A DNA stretch of 64,000 bases from a virus, in the IMG/VR virus record IMGVR_UViG_3300011988_000002, positions 1-64,000 of that record; one strand, given 5' to 3'. Both the position numbers and the translations under genes were made by a program. Below are positions 1 through 9,596 of this stretch, piece by piece; within the stretch, counting starts at the first letter, position 1; every line of letters starts with the position of its first letter. The notes below the pieces were generated by a model. That model saw nothing but the letters and a program-made list of their open reading frames with translations. It was not told where the DNA came from and did not search any database.

Positions 1-124
1 ATAGACATCTCATATTTATTTTCAAACTTACTTACATCTGGAAGTCTAAGTTCAAAATCCATCCCACAATTAGGGTCATTAAACACTAGTACCAATCTTT
101 CATTTATTTTCATAATTACTCCTC

Positions 125-655
125 CTATGGTGTATATTCAAATTCTAATTCTATAAATGATTTTCCAAATTCATAATCAGCATATAACTTCTTACTTATT
201 CCTGAAACATATGATAAAGGAAATTTAGCCTCACTAAAGCTCTTTTTATCCCATTCAAACTCCTCTTCATCTATATTTATATCAACAGTTGATGTCTTAT
301 ATCCTTTAAGTTTTTCTTTATCTTCTGCTTTAGCATCTATATCACTAACTAAATGCAACTCACTTTTAAGTATTTTAGTCTTTTTAACTTTAACTACCCA
401 AGCATTAGTGTCTTTCCAATCATCTCTTAAAGGGTCAGCCTTACCTTTCATCCATTCACGAAACTTCTCTTGAAAGAACTGTATTATAAGACTTCTAAAT
501 AAATCATGCCTTACTTGTGATACTATTTCACTTGGTTCTTGAGAAGCTTCTTCAAATTTAGTCATTAATTCCTCCTCATCTTCTTTACTAAGCTCAATTT
601 TATACTTAGTAGGTTTAGATGGAGTAGGAATAGTACTTATAAACGGATTATTCAT
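125..655 (-). CDS. hypothetical protein (176 aa)
   Basis: Long ORF with no recognisable motifs; co-oriented and tightly packed with its neighbours. Confidence 0.6.
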   Translation of the reverse strand: MNNPFISTIPTPSKPTKYKIELSKEDEEELMTKFEEASQEPSEIVSQVRHDLFRSLIIQFFQEKFREWMKGKADPLRDDWKDTNAWVVKVKKTKILKSELHLVSDIDAKAEDKEKLKGYKTSTVDINIDEEEFEWDKKSFSEAKFPLSYVSGISKKLYADYEFGKSFIELEFEYTP

Positions 656-659
656 ATTA

Positions 660-1442
660 TCACTTCCTATCCCATAATTTTACTAAACTAAAACTTGCAA
701 CTGGAGTTTTACCTTCATCTGCAATATATGCTTTTCTAAAATCATCATATATCTTTTGATTTTCAGGTGTAAAAAGTATTGATTTACCAACATTTATCAT
801 TTTCTTAACTCTGTAATCATCTTTCATTCCACTATCTATTATAAGTTGATATAAAAGTACATCAATCCAGAAATAATCAGATATAAGAAATGTCTCAACT
901 CCTAAATCTCCAGTACAGAAAAAGTCTAAATAATTACTTATTCCTTCTTTTGTATCATTAAATGTTTTAATATTACTTCCAAATATATTCCTAAGTATTC
1001 TCTCATCATCAATTAAGTTATCTTTCATTATAAAAAAATAATTATTCTCATCAGAGATTATACTCTCAGCATTCAAGTTTACGCTACTTGGTATAGTAGC
1101 GTAACTCAAATTCTTGTAATGTTTAATAAGAAATCTTAACTCATCTGCAAATAGAATAGAAGGTTTAAAGTAAATAAAGTTATTTTTAATATCTTGTGGC
1201 ATAAACATACCACCTTCCTTAGGCATAAGAGATATCCTATTCATAGAATCAACTCTTATAGTATAAGGTGTAATAAGTGAATGCTCTAGTTTTTCAACTA
1301 TAGAAGTTAAAAGATTATCAAAATCCTGACTCTTTATACGTCTTGCATTATCTGACAAGATATCAAGACACCATAAATCATAACTAAACACCACATTATT
1401 AACAGTAGATACTATACTACTTTTTACTCTTAGTTCGTCCAT
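660..1442 (-). CDS. hypothetical protein (260 aa)
   Basis: Long ORF whose stop lies 5 nt from the next gene; its start overlaps the upstream DHH gene by 13 nt. Confidence 0.6.
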   Translation of the reverse strand: MDELRVKSSIVSTVNNVVFSYDLWCLDILSDNARRIKSQDFDNLLTSIVEKLEHSLITPYTIRVDSMNRISLMPKEGGMFMPQDIKNNFIYFKPSILFADELRFLIKHYKNLSYATIPSSVNLNAESIISDENNYFFIMKDNLIDDERILRNIFGSNIKTFNDTKEGISNYLDFFCTGDLGVETFLISDYFWIDVLLYQLIIDSGMKDDYRVKKMINVGKSILFTPENQKIYDDFRKAYIADEGKTPVASFSLVKLWDRK

Positions 1443-2725
1443 TCGTTATAAACCTCCTTAAAGTTAAGATAGAAAAACTCATCTAGTGCATGTCTTATTC
1501 TTTCAAATGATATTCTTGTAGCAATTCTGTTATATGTTTCATCATCAAATATGCTCTTAGTATCACGTCTACAACTAAATCCAGCAGCATTTTTATGTCC
1601 ACCACCAGATAAACCATAGGTTTCACCAATATATCTTGCAATTTGAGGAGATTCAACCTCTGTTACATGATAACCAGTATACACAGTTCCACCTGTTTTA
1701 TGAAATGTTATAACGATATCTACATCTTTATACTCTTCCATAATCTTTTCTTTTATATTTGATGCAAATTTCCATTCAGCTGGAACAAGAGCTATTTTAA
1801 ACATCTTTTCTAAAATACCACTTGTAGTTGAATCTCTGAAGTAATTTACAAATCCAGTTAAAGGGTGATTCTTAGCTTCATTATAGGCAACTTCTACAAG
1901 TTCTTTATATTTTCTGTCACAGTCATTAACCCAACTATAAACAGAATCAGAATTTAAACTTACTCCAGAATCTATAAAAGCTACAAGTATTCTAAGTAAT
2001 TCAACATTATCATCAACTACTTTATCAACTGTACCCCATTTTTGACCTCTATACCATTGAGCATCTCCAGGTTTATATCTTTGTTTCCATAAGAAAGTAT
2101 CCCAAAGATTAACATTGTATGACCATGCTCTTAGATTTCTTTCATAAAGTTGAACTTGCCATAGCTCAGCTTCACTATCTAACCTTTTCATACATGCTCC
2201 ATAACTTATAGTTGCTCCACAATGTTCTATATCAGTTAAAACTTGATAATCAGCTAGTCTATCTTCACCTATAACAGCAACTATTTCATCTCTAGTTCTA
2301 ACATTTCCAGAATGATGGTCATACCAACTAAATTTAACATTATCTGGATAGTCTGCTTCATTAAACGTCTTTAAGTCTAAAAACATTCTGTCTGTTATGA
2401 CTACTTCTATATCTACTATATAAGGAATATCCTTATATCTGTCTAAAACCTCTTTAACTGCATACTTACATATCATTGAAGTCTCTTCCTCACGAGATGT
2501 TCTTTCCATGTAGACATCATAGTTAATCTTTATAGTCTCAGCATACATCATCATATTAAGTGCTGATGTAACCCCATCTAAGTCAGAATGAGATACTATT
2601 ATAAGATGCTTAGGATTTCTGTACACAACACCACTGTCATCAAACCCTCTAACAGCTAAATACTTTCTTTCATCTTTCCAAAAGTCTCCATTTTCATCAA
2701 CTTTTGCATTCCAATTTCTTCTCAT
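1430..2725 (-). CDS. DHH/DHHA1-family phosphoesterase (RecJ-core, NrnA or GdpP-like nuclease or phosphodiesterase)
   Basis: DHH motif I IVSHSDLDGVTS, motif III WYDHHSGN and the DHHA1 motif SGGGHKNAAGF are all present in the translation. Confidence 0.8.
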   Translation of the reverse strand: MRRNWNAKVDENGDFWKDERKYLAVRGFDDSGVVYRNPKHLIIVSHSDLDGVTSALNMMMYAETIKINYDVYMERTSREEETSMICKYAVKEVLDRYKDIPYIVDIEVVITDRMFLDLKTFNEADYPDNVKFSWYDHHSGNVRTRDEIVAVIGEDRLADYQVLTDIEHCGATISYGACMKRLDSEAELWQVQLYERNLRAWSYNVNLWDTFLWKQRYKPGDAQWYRGQKWGTVDKVVDDNVELLRILVAFIDSGVSLNSDSVYSWVNDCDRKYKELVEVAYNEAKNHPLTGFVNYFRDSTTSGILEKMFKIALVPAEWKFASNIKEKIMEEYKDVDIVITFHKTGGTVYTGYHVTEVESPQIARYIGETYGLSGGGHKNAAGFSCRRDTKSIFDDETYNRIATRISFERIRHALDEFFYLNFKEVYNEWTN

Positions 2726-2786
2726 TATAATTCCTCCTACTAAAATATTTATTGTGTCTATTAGACATATTATTATATGTAATTCT

Positions 2787-3215
2787 TTACTTAATAGTTT
2801 CTGCTGGTATTAGTGAGTATCTTTCTCTTAATTTCTGTATCATATATCTATCATATGATTTGATACTGCTTACTTTACTAAATAAGAATCTGTCTCTTAA
2901 GTCAAAGTTATTCTCTTTTGCAAGTTTATAGAAATCAAGATACACATCTATCATAGATTTAGTTGCATAGCAATTTTCTATACTTATAAATAACTTATGA
3001 AAAGTACCTTTATTTAAAGCATTAATACTAATCGCTCTGTCAACTTCATCTGGGTCAAAATCATATTTATCAATCATAAACTTTCTAAATTTCTTAAATC
3101 CTACATTCTTAGTTACACATATAAGCTTATATGTTGGCTTGTATTTAGCATTATATAATTTTATAACATCATTAAAATATCTTATATCAGAACTATTATA
3201 TTCTCCTCTTTTCAT
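2787..3215 (-). CDS. hypothetical protein (142 aa)
   Basis: ORF lying between the DHH gene and the helicase. Confidence 0.55.
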   Translation of the reverse strand: MKRGEYNSSDIRYFNDVIKLYNAKYKPTYKLICVTKNVGFKKFRKFMIDKYDFDPDEVDRAISINALNKGTFHKLFISIENCYATKSMIDVYLDFYKLAKENNFDLRDRFLFSKVSSIKSYDRYMIQKLRERYSLIPAETIK

Positions 3216-3226
3216 AAATAAACTCC

Positions 3227-4428
3227 CTACCTTGATTTAATGTATTTGTAGAAGTTAGAACCTTTACGACTAGACTTCTTCTCTTTTTCAATATTTTTAG
3301 CTTCAACACTGTCTTTTCTATACCCATTTAAATAGTTACTAGCATATTCTTCTGGTATGTCAACACCATATTGATGAATAAATCCGTCTGTAAATAGATT
3401 TTCACGTTTACGTTTATTATAAGTATCTATAGTCTGAGTAAAACTCATATCAACTGGGTACACTACATGACCCAAATCTCCTCCAACTCTACCAACTCTT
3501 GATAAAGTTTGAGTTATCTCAGACCTTGCAAATGTAAACTCTAGTAAAACTATAACTCTTATGTGTTTATCGTCATAACCTCTACCTATTTTTTGTGTAG
3601 TAGAAACTATAAATTTCTTATTCTTATTTTCTTCATTCTCTTTTAAACTTTTACTACTATTAACTATACCTATATCATCTTCATCTATACCAAATCTTTC
3701 ATGAAGTTTATTTGCAACTATCTCACAGTTTTCAATTCTACCTACGAAAAATACTATTCTTCCTTCTTCACTAAGCATCTTCTTCATAAGAGAATCATCT
3801 TTAATATACATTTTATCCATAATAAAATCTAAGAATATATCTTTACGAGCAAATATATTATTATACTCTATCTTAAACATAGATTCATTCCAACCGCGAA
3901 TCTTCATAAATTCCTTTCTAGTTGGATTCATCTTGCCTCTTATAAAGTATATGTTTTTATTTGCAGGTACTTTAACATCATCACCTAGATGCAATACATT
4001 CTTATAAATTATCTGAAATACTCTGTTATCTGTTTGTAAGTTCCTATAAGGTGTACCTGTAAGATATAGGTTATATTCAAAGTTAAAATATACTTCAAGT
4101 TTATATGTAGTAGACACATTTCTATCTACTTCGTCTATTACTTTCATTCTAAGATTCATTTTATTACAAATAATATCAGATATAGTCTCTATACCATATG
4201 TTTTAATTATACTCTCAAGCATAGCCTGAGTTAGAAATAAACCGTTTATTTTATCGTATTTAAGGTCCATTATATCAGAACCTTTCGATAAAACATACAT
4301 TCCTTCTTTTCCTAAAATCTTACAAAAAGATTCATATCCTTGCTTTATTAAATCACTGTTATATACAATGAATATAAATTTACACTTGAGCTCATGTACT
4401 GTATGAGCTGCAAGATAAGTTTTACCTA
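3227..4428 (-). CDS. SNF2-family SF2 helicase, exon 2 (carries motif I GKT through motif VI)
   Basis: Upstream of the annotated Met the frame stays open and reads LGKTYLAAHTVHEL. Further motifs are VIDEVD (II), LYLTGTPYRN (III) and QTLSRVGRVGGD (VI). Joining it to exon 1 rebuilds motif I as ILALAPG-L-GKT. Confidence 0.8.
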
Positions 4429-5494
4429 CGTTTTTGACTGACTATGTCTTTAAACTAATAATAGTTTACGAACCGTTTCGGGATAATCCCTACTCTACTC
4501 CCTATTAGATTTAAGATTTGCATAACTTAAACCTATTTCTTCCAAATTAGTTAAGTGCCTTACCTCATAGAAGTAGCCGTAATAAAAAGTATCCTATCCC
4601 AATAACACCATAAATATGATGCTATCGGGATTTGATATGACTACAACTCTAATTTTATGGGTTTCGATAGTCGATGGACACATATGTTTAGATATTATTT
4701 AGATTTTGTTACTACTGTAAGTACTACATCAGTTGCTGAAGTTAAAGAATTAAATTCACTTTGTTCTTTAGTACCTGTTACACCACCAGTTGCAATCCAT
4801 TTAAGACCATCTCTTTGCTTAGTAGCTGCTTTTTCTGTTTTAATAGTAACTGTAGGCCAAGCTAGTCCTTTAAGACCAACTGGTCCTGTAGGTGAAGTTC
4901 CTGTAAGTTCTATTTCTTTAGAAGCTTGTCCATCCACTAATGCATCTTCTCCACCTTTGAATGTAACTTTAATCTTTTTATTTGCAGGTGTTGACGGTGC
5001 TCCTGATACTTTAGCTTTTATAACTTCTTTCATAGATTTGATTACAAATCCTGCTATAAGTTCTGGTTCAGTTTTAGATACAGACGATACATCTTTTGCA
5101 ACCATAGAATCAACTGGAACTTTAGTTATAATAGTTTCATCAAATCCAGCTTTATTAAGTTCAAGTCTTAGATGTATTAAAACTTGTTGATTTTCACCTA
5201 CATTTTGCCAGAACTTAGCAACTTCTGGTTTGCTAGATTCATTAGCTTTTTTAACTACTGCTTCAATAAACTTATTTATGTTATACATAACATTCCTCCT
5301 TTTTATATTAATTTTATTTGCAAATTTTATCTAAACATACTTTGTTGCTCAACACGTTCTTAGTTAATACATTTTTACTATATCAATAAGCTTTAACTTA
5401 TTGCCATAAAGATATTACTATCATTTACTTAGTAGTATAACATTATAAACGAACGCTCCAAGCAATTAGATTCGTAAGGGCTTAGTACAACTTA
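4429..5494 (-). mobile_element. Group I self-splicing intron (1066 nt) in the helicase gene, carrying an internal ORF
   Basis: Exon 1 ends in U (GGGU) and the intron ends in G (AAAAACG). The internal guide sequence CUAAGCCCU pairs with the exon-1 end AGGGU to form P1, with a G.U wobble at the splice site, and with UAG of exon 2 to form P10. An S-like element AAGACAUAGUC lies 12 nt from the 3' splice site, and there are td-like blocks CGACUAUCGAAAC and GGAGUAGAGUAGGG....CCGAAACGG. If the intron is not removed, translation stops 9 codons in (LSCTKPLRI*). Confidence 0.75.
4695..5288 (-). CDS. Intron-encoded protein of unknown function (197 aa; no HNH, GIY-YIG, LAGLIDADG or His-Cys box signature)
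   Basis: Strong Shine-Dalgarno AAAAGGAGGAATGTTATG. The ORF lies entirely inside the intron. It is rich in K, V, T, G and S, with only one His and one Tyr. Confidence 0.65.
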   Translation of the reverse strand: MYNINKFIEAVVKKANESSKPEVAKFWQNVGENQQVLIHLRLELNKAGFDETIITKVPVDSMVAKDVSSVSKTEPELIAGFVIKSMKEVIKAKVSGAPSTPANKKIKVTFKGGEDALVDGQASKEIELTGTSPTGPVGLKGLAWPTVTIKTEKAATKQRDGLKWIATGGVTGTKEQSEFNSLTSATDVVLTVVTKSK

Positions 5495-5879
5495 ACCCTG
5501 GGGCTAATGCAAGAATACATCTTCTATCTTCATTGAATAAAAAGTGACTGCTAAGTTTCTTAGCAAGTTCTTTTTGGTGTTCTAGTGGTGGATAAGCAAG
5601 ATTATAACTTATTAAATCAACCAGTGGTATTTTAACTTGCTTATAATTATACCTAGTTCTAGTAACACTTTGTATTATATTCTTAGATATTTTAGGAATT
5701 CCTATAACTGTATCTTCACCACCATCTATTTCAAAGAATGCTTTAGGTATTTGTGCTTTTGTATTAAAGTCTATTATTGAAAGTTTTGACCTTAAATTCA
5801 AATATGCTCCGTTATCTAAAGTTGACTTTGGAATATAAAATGCAGTAGTTGTCTCTAGTATATCAAATATAGGAAACAC
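5495..5879 (-). CDS. SNF2-family SF2 helicase, exon 1 (N-terminal 128 codons plus 1 nt)
   Basis: Ends ...RRCILALAPG just before the intron. The only in-frame start is a GTG that directly abuts the AAGGAGG Shine-Dalgarno; an ATA codon lies 8 nt downstream of it. Confidence 0.7.
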
Positions 5880-5895
5880 CTCCTTATTATAGAAG

Positions 5896-5942
5896 AAAAA
5901 ATAAAAGAAATATAGTCCCTGACTAAATATTTGTCAAGGACT
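5896..5942 (-). terminator. rho-independent terminator
   Basis: Hairpin AGTCCTTGAC-n8-GTCAGGGACT followed by a T-run on the minus strand. Confidence 0.6.
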
Positions 5943-5950
5943 ATGCATGT

Positions 5951-6160
5951 TTATTTATTATTCATAAAAGCAAATAGTTCTGATAAACTAAATACTCTTA
6001 GTTCGTCTTTAGGACCACCTGTTTTAACCATAGGTTCTGCAGATGGAACCATTTTACCAGAATAGTCAGACAGAGTTCTATCAACTATCTCTAATACAGT
6101 AGTTGATTCTAATCTTCTCTTTTTACGTTTCTTTTTACTCATGTATAACTCCTCATCCAA
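5951..6160 (-). CDS. small basic protein (69 aa)
   Basis: ORF with an N-terminal KKKRKKRR stretch. Confidence 0.45.
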   Translation of the reverse strand: MDEELYMSKKKRKKRRLESTTVLEIVDRTLSDYSGKMVPSAEPMVKTGGPKDELRVFSLSELFAFMNNK

Positions 6161-6273
6161 GTATTAAATACTTTTTATATTTATTCATAAGTTCTTTACC
6201 AATCTTTCTTAACTTTGCCTTACTTCTTACACTTTTAACATGTAAATTAAGTTTAGATGTAATATCTTTAAGT

Positions 6274-6483
6274 TTAATCTTCTTTCTTCTTATCTTTTTT
6301 AATAACACTTCCAACACATCCTTTATCTGAGACAAGGTCAATTGACACAAGTCTCATTGATTTTAACACTCTTTCTCCATTTACTTCTTCATACTGACCA
6401 ACTGCTCTTATTCCAAAGTTATGTGCAACATGTGTAAGTCCTTGTGCTATAAGATTATTAGTTACTTTAAAACTTCCATTCAT
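6274..6483 (-). CDS. hypothetical small protein (69 aa)
   Basis: Shine-Dalgarno GAAAGGGG upstream; its start is coupled to the upstream small ORF (TAA-TT-ATG). Confidence 0.45.
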   Translation of the reverse strand: MNGSFKVTNNLIAQGLTHVAHNFGIRAVGQYEEVNGERVLKSMRLVSIDLVSDKGCVGSVIKKDKKKED

Positions 6484-6485
6484 AA

Positions 6486-6608
6486 TTATTTCCCCTTTCT
6501 ATTAGCTTTTATTATTCTAGTTTTTGCAGGATTAGAGTTCATTGTGTCCTTATTTATCTTTATTTTAGAATTCTCTCCTCTTAAAACCTTATTAGATTTC
6601 TTTGCCAT
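6486..6608 (-). CDS. hypothetical small basic protein (40 aa)
   Basis: Manually translated as MAKKSNKVLRGENSKIKINKDTMNSNPAKTRIIKANRKGK. It is below the ORF-track size cutoff. Confidence 0.3.
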   Translation of the reverse strand: MAKKSNKVLRGENSKIKINKDTMNSNPAKTRIIKANRKGK

Positions 6609-6614
6609 TTAAAA

Positions 6615-7043
6615 TCACATCCCTTTATTATTTTTATGGTAATTTTTAGCTTTTATAAGTCTTGCATGAAAATTATATTTACCACTTTCTAATTTATCAA
6701 ATAATCTTTTACTAAATCCTACTTTTGCATACTCTCTACCCATATATCTTTTAATTGAAAAGTATAATAAGTTATCTAAAGCAGGGTCTGTCTCATGTTT
6801 TACTAAAACTCTGTGTGTTTGTGATGCCATAAAACTCATAATTGAGTTATATTTATCATTATTCTCTTCTGCAAACTTTCTAAGTCTGTCTCTGACTTCA
6901 TCATTAAACTTAATTAGTTCACTAAGAGGTTTTCCAGTATTATTTACAGCATTTATTTTCATATAACCAACTAAAACTTTTGCCATATTTCTTTTAAGCA
7001 TTCCAAATTTTGATAAAACTTTAAACTTCCTATTAACTTTCAT
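6615..7043 (-). CDS. hypothetical protein (142 aa)
   Basis: ORF whose start overlaps the upstream gene by 11 nt. Confidence 0.55.
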   Translation of the reverse strand: MKVNRKFKVLSKFGMLKRNMAKVLVGYMKINAVNNTGKPLSELIKFNDEVRDRLRKFAEENNDKYNSIMSFMASQTHRVLVKHETDPALDNLLYFSIKRYMGREYAKVGFSKRLFDKLESGKYNFHARLIKAKNYHKNNKGM

Positions 7044-9048
7044 AACTTTCTCCTTCTATAGTTGCAAGTTCTTCATCATCTAATACACTATTAAAATCAT
7101 TCATCATCATATCTTTAGTAAAGTATCCATTTAATATATCATTAAATTCAGTATATAAACTTCCTTTTGCTGTATCTCTTCCTTCTGTAATACTATTATA
7201 GAATACATCTGTTTCTACAGGAGTTGCATTTTGCTTTGTAAGTTTAAATACCTTCTTAATATATCCATGAACCATACCTATACCAATGTTGCTTGATTTA
7301 GACGGACTTGTAATATCAGACCTTACATTTACATAATTAAATGTTTTACTATCTTCTGTTGCACGTTTGCTACTATCTTCACCATCTCTTAAAAGTATGT
7401 ATATTAATGTTTCATATTGTATAAAATGGTCAAGTTTTATTCTTTCTTTCATAAACTTAAATAGGAACTTAACCATACCTTCAAAGTCAAGTGTTTTAAT
7501 ATACTCAGCATTTTCTTTAAAGAAATCATTATTTTGTCCACCAATAAGTTCATAGAATCTTTCAGCATTTGCTATAACAGAATCATTAGGAATGTCTATC
7601 TTATAACTTCCATCTTCACATTCAACTATGTTTTGACCTGTTTCAAATAGTTTTCCATCTACCCATAGTTCATTTTTATATCTTATAGGAAGACCATTTG
7701 CTGCTGTTTTAGTAGGTATATGTTTAAGCTCTACTTTATATTTCTTATTAAAGTAGATTCTATCAAATACCATTTTCTTAATATAAGGTGTAGTTTTTAT
7801 AAACTCTTCTAAGTTCATATCTTTAATATCACCAAAACTTACAAGTATAGCCTTTATTATTGCAACTATAAAGTGCTTTATTGATATAACTCCTTGCACT
7901 ATTTTGGCAACATCATCTATAATATAAGTTATATAGTTATTATAATGTATCTTATTATCTCTCATAAACTTATTAAAATGTCCAAAACAGTCAAGACATA
8001 TATGGTCACCTTTACAAAAAGCTATACTTCTTATATTAATTTCTTTACCGATAAGGTCTTTCCTATCATAATCAACATACCCTATTATATTACCATTATC
8101 ATCACAGTAATTCTTACCACGATAGAATATAAGTTCTGATTCTTTCTCTATCTTTATCTTCCAAGTTCTATGAGTACCACAATCATTAATAACTTCTCTT
8201 GTATCAGCTGAGTTAAGTCTTGCTGGTAGAAGTGCTGATATAACCTGTTTAAACACAGTTCCACCCTCTTTTATATCATTCTTACCAACAAATCTAGCTT
8301 TAATACCCATTTGGTCCATATGCATTATATCTTGCTTTTTCCGTAGTCCATTTATAAGAGGGTGTCTTATAGGTTCGTGTGCAATATAAGTATTAACTGC
8401 ATCTGGCATCATACCATATGTAACAGCAAATGTTTGTACTTGAGCAAGATTTGCTTTAACTCCTGATGTAAAATAATATGTTAATGGGTCTATAAATATA
8501 TCTCCAGACTCAAATAGTTTTGCAACATTTTTAATTTTACGGTCTATTTCCCAAGGTGTGTCAGTATCATTATAAACATCTTTATCTATAATATCACGGT
8601 AACGTTTATCATTAAGATAAGTATCTATATAACCAAGAAGTCCATGTTGCACTGTAACTATATCGTTTCCTATTATTGCAAGTCTATAGAATTGTGATTT
8701 TACTCTATCTAATATAAAAGGAATTGATATTTCTGGCATAAATAAATCTTTATCTCTTAAAAGTGCTCTTAAAACCTTAGTAGAGTACTCTTCAGGCATA
8801 CCTTTTTCATAAGAAGTAGTAAAGAATAAATCTTTTCTTATGCCTTTTTCTCTTGATACTTTGTAACTATCAAACATAAGTTGCAAACATGCATTTACAA
8901 ATATCTTAGATGCATTACCTTTTATATAAAATCCATCAAAGAATTCCATCATAAGGTCTTCCTTATTGGTTGCATCTTGTCTTATTCTTCTTGCAAGTTC
9001 TATTAAATGTTCTTTATTATCAAACTTAAATAATTCCATATTTACCAA
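7033..9048 (-). CDS. hypothetical large protein (671 aa) with a CKGDHICLDC cysteine cluster
   Basis: Long uninterrupted ORF. No Walker or polymerase motifs were recognised. Confidence 0.75.
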   Translation of the reverse strand: MVNMELFKFDNKEHLIELARRIRQDATNKEDLMMEFFDGFYIKGNASKIFVNACLQLMFDSYKVSREKGIRKDLFFTTSYEKGMPEEYSTKVLRALLRDKDLFMPEISIPFILDRVKSQFYRLAIIGNDIVTVQHGLLGYIDTYLNDKRYRDIIDKDVYNDTDTPWEIDRKIKNVAKLFESGDIFIDPLTYYFTSGVKANLAQVQTFAVTYGMMPDAVNTYIAHEPIRHPLINGLRKKQDIMHMDQMGIKARFVGKNDIKEGGTVFKQVISALLPARLNSADTREVINDCGTHRTWKIKIEKESELIFYRGKNYCDDNGNIIGYVDYDRKDLIGKEINIRSIAFCKGDHICLDCFGHFNKFMRDNKIHYNNYITYIIDDVAKIVQGVISIKHFIVAIIKAILVSFGDIKDMNLEEFIKTTPYIKKMVFDRIYFNKKYKVELKHIPTKTAANGLPIRYKNELWVDGKLFETGQNIVECEDGSYKIDIPNDSVIANAERFYELIGGQNNDFFKENAEYIKTLDFEGMVKFLFKFMKERIKLDHFIQYETLIYILLRDGEDSSKRATEDSKTFNYVNVRSDITSPSKSSNIGIGMVHGYIKKVFKLTKQNATPVETDVFYNSITEGRDTAKGSLYTEFNDILNGYFTKDMMMNDFNSVLDDEELATIEGESYES

Positions 9049-9596
9049 CTAATCTCCTTTATATCATAATCCACTTTAATAGTACTAAACTCTGGGTTAA
9101 AACGAGTTATCTGTCCCCATCCTGTTATATTACTTTGCTTTTTAAGATAATGTTTTATATCAGAACCCTCCTCTATGAAGTAAAAATCAGAGTTTCCATC
9201 ATATAAAAAGTATTTATCTTTATGTATAAGTACAAATCCCTCAACTGTAGCTCCATATGTTTTAGTCTCAGACTCTGATTCATATAGTCCTTTTACATCC
9301 ATGTCTATATAACCAAGATGTCCTTTTATATCTCTTTCTTTATAAAGTCTTACAAGTTTACCAGATGTAGGATGAAGTACTTTACCACAATATAAGTACT
9401 TAAATCTCTTTATATTATCTGTTCTTGTTGTATACTCCAAAGTATATCCCTTAGTTTTATCTCTTTTAAATATATAGTAACTATCATTACTAAATTCATA
9501 CTCATTCGTATTACTTAGTAAAAACTTCCTATCTTTCATTCTAACTAAAGGTATACTTGGCAAACTTAGTTTAAATGCCATTAAAATCGCCTCCAT
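9042..9596 (-). CDS. hypothetical protein (184 aa)
   Basis: ORF overlapping both neighbours by a few nucleotides. Confidence 0.6.
   Translation of the reverse strand: MEAILMAFKLSLPSIPLVRMKDRKFLLSNTNEYEFSNDSYYIFKRDKTKGYTLEYTTRTDNIKRFKYLYCGKVLHPTSGKLVRLYKERDIKGHLGYIDMDVKGLYESESETKTYGATVEGFVLIHKDKYFLYDGNSDFYFIEEGSDIKHYLKKQSNITGWGQITRFNPEFSTIKVDYDIKEISW

Noticed and set aside
4657-5190. Plus-strand 177-aa ORF antisense to the intron ORF
   Set aside because: It has no Shine-Dalgarno and an S/T/P-rich nonsense-like composition. The minus-strand ORF has a perfect Shine-Dalgarno and fits the intron architecture.
6153-6350. 65-aa highly basic ORF overlapping 6274..6483 by 77 nt
   Set aside because: It starts at TTG with no Shine-Dalgarno and heavily overlaps a better-supported ORF. 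It is probably spurious, although an S21-like small basic protein cannot be excluded.
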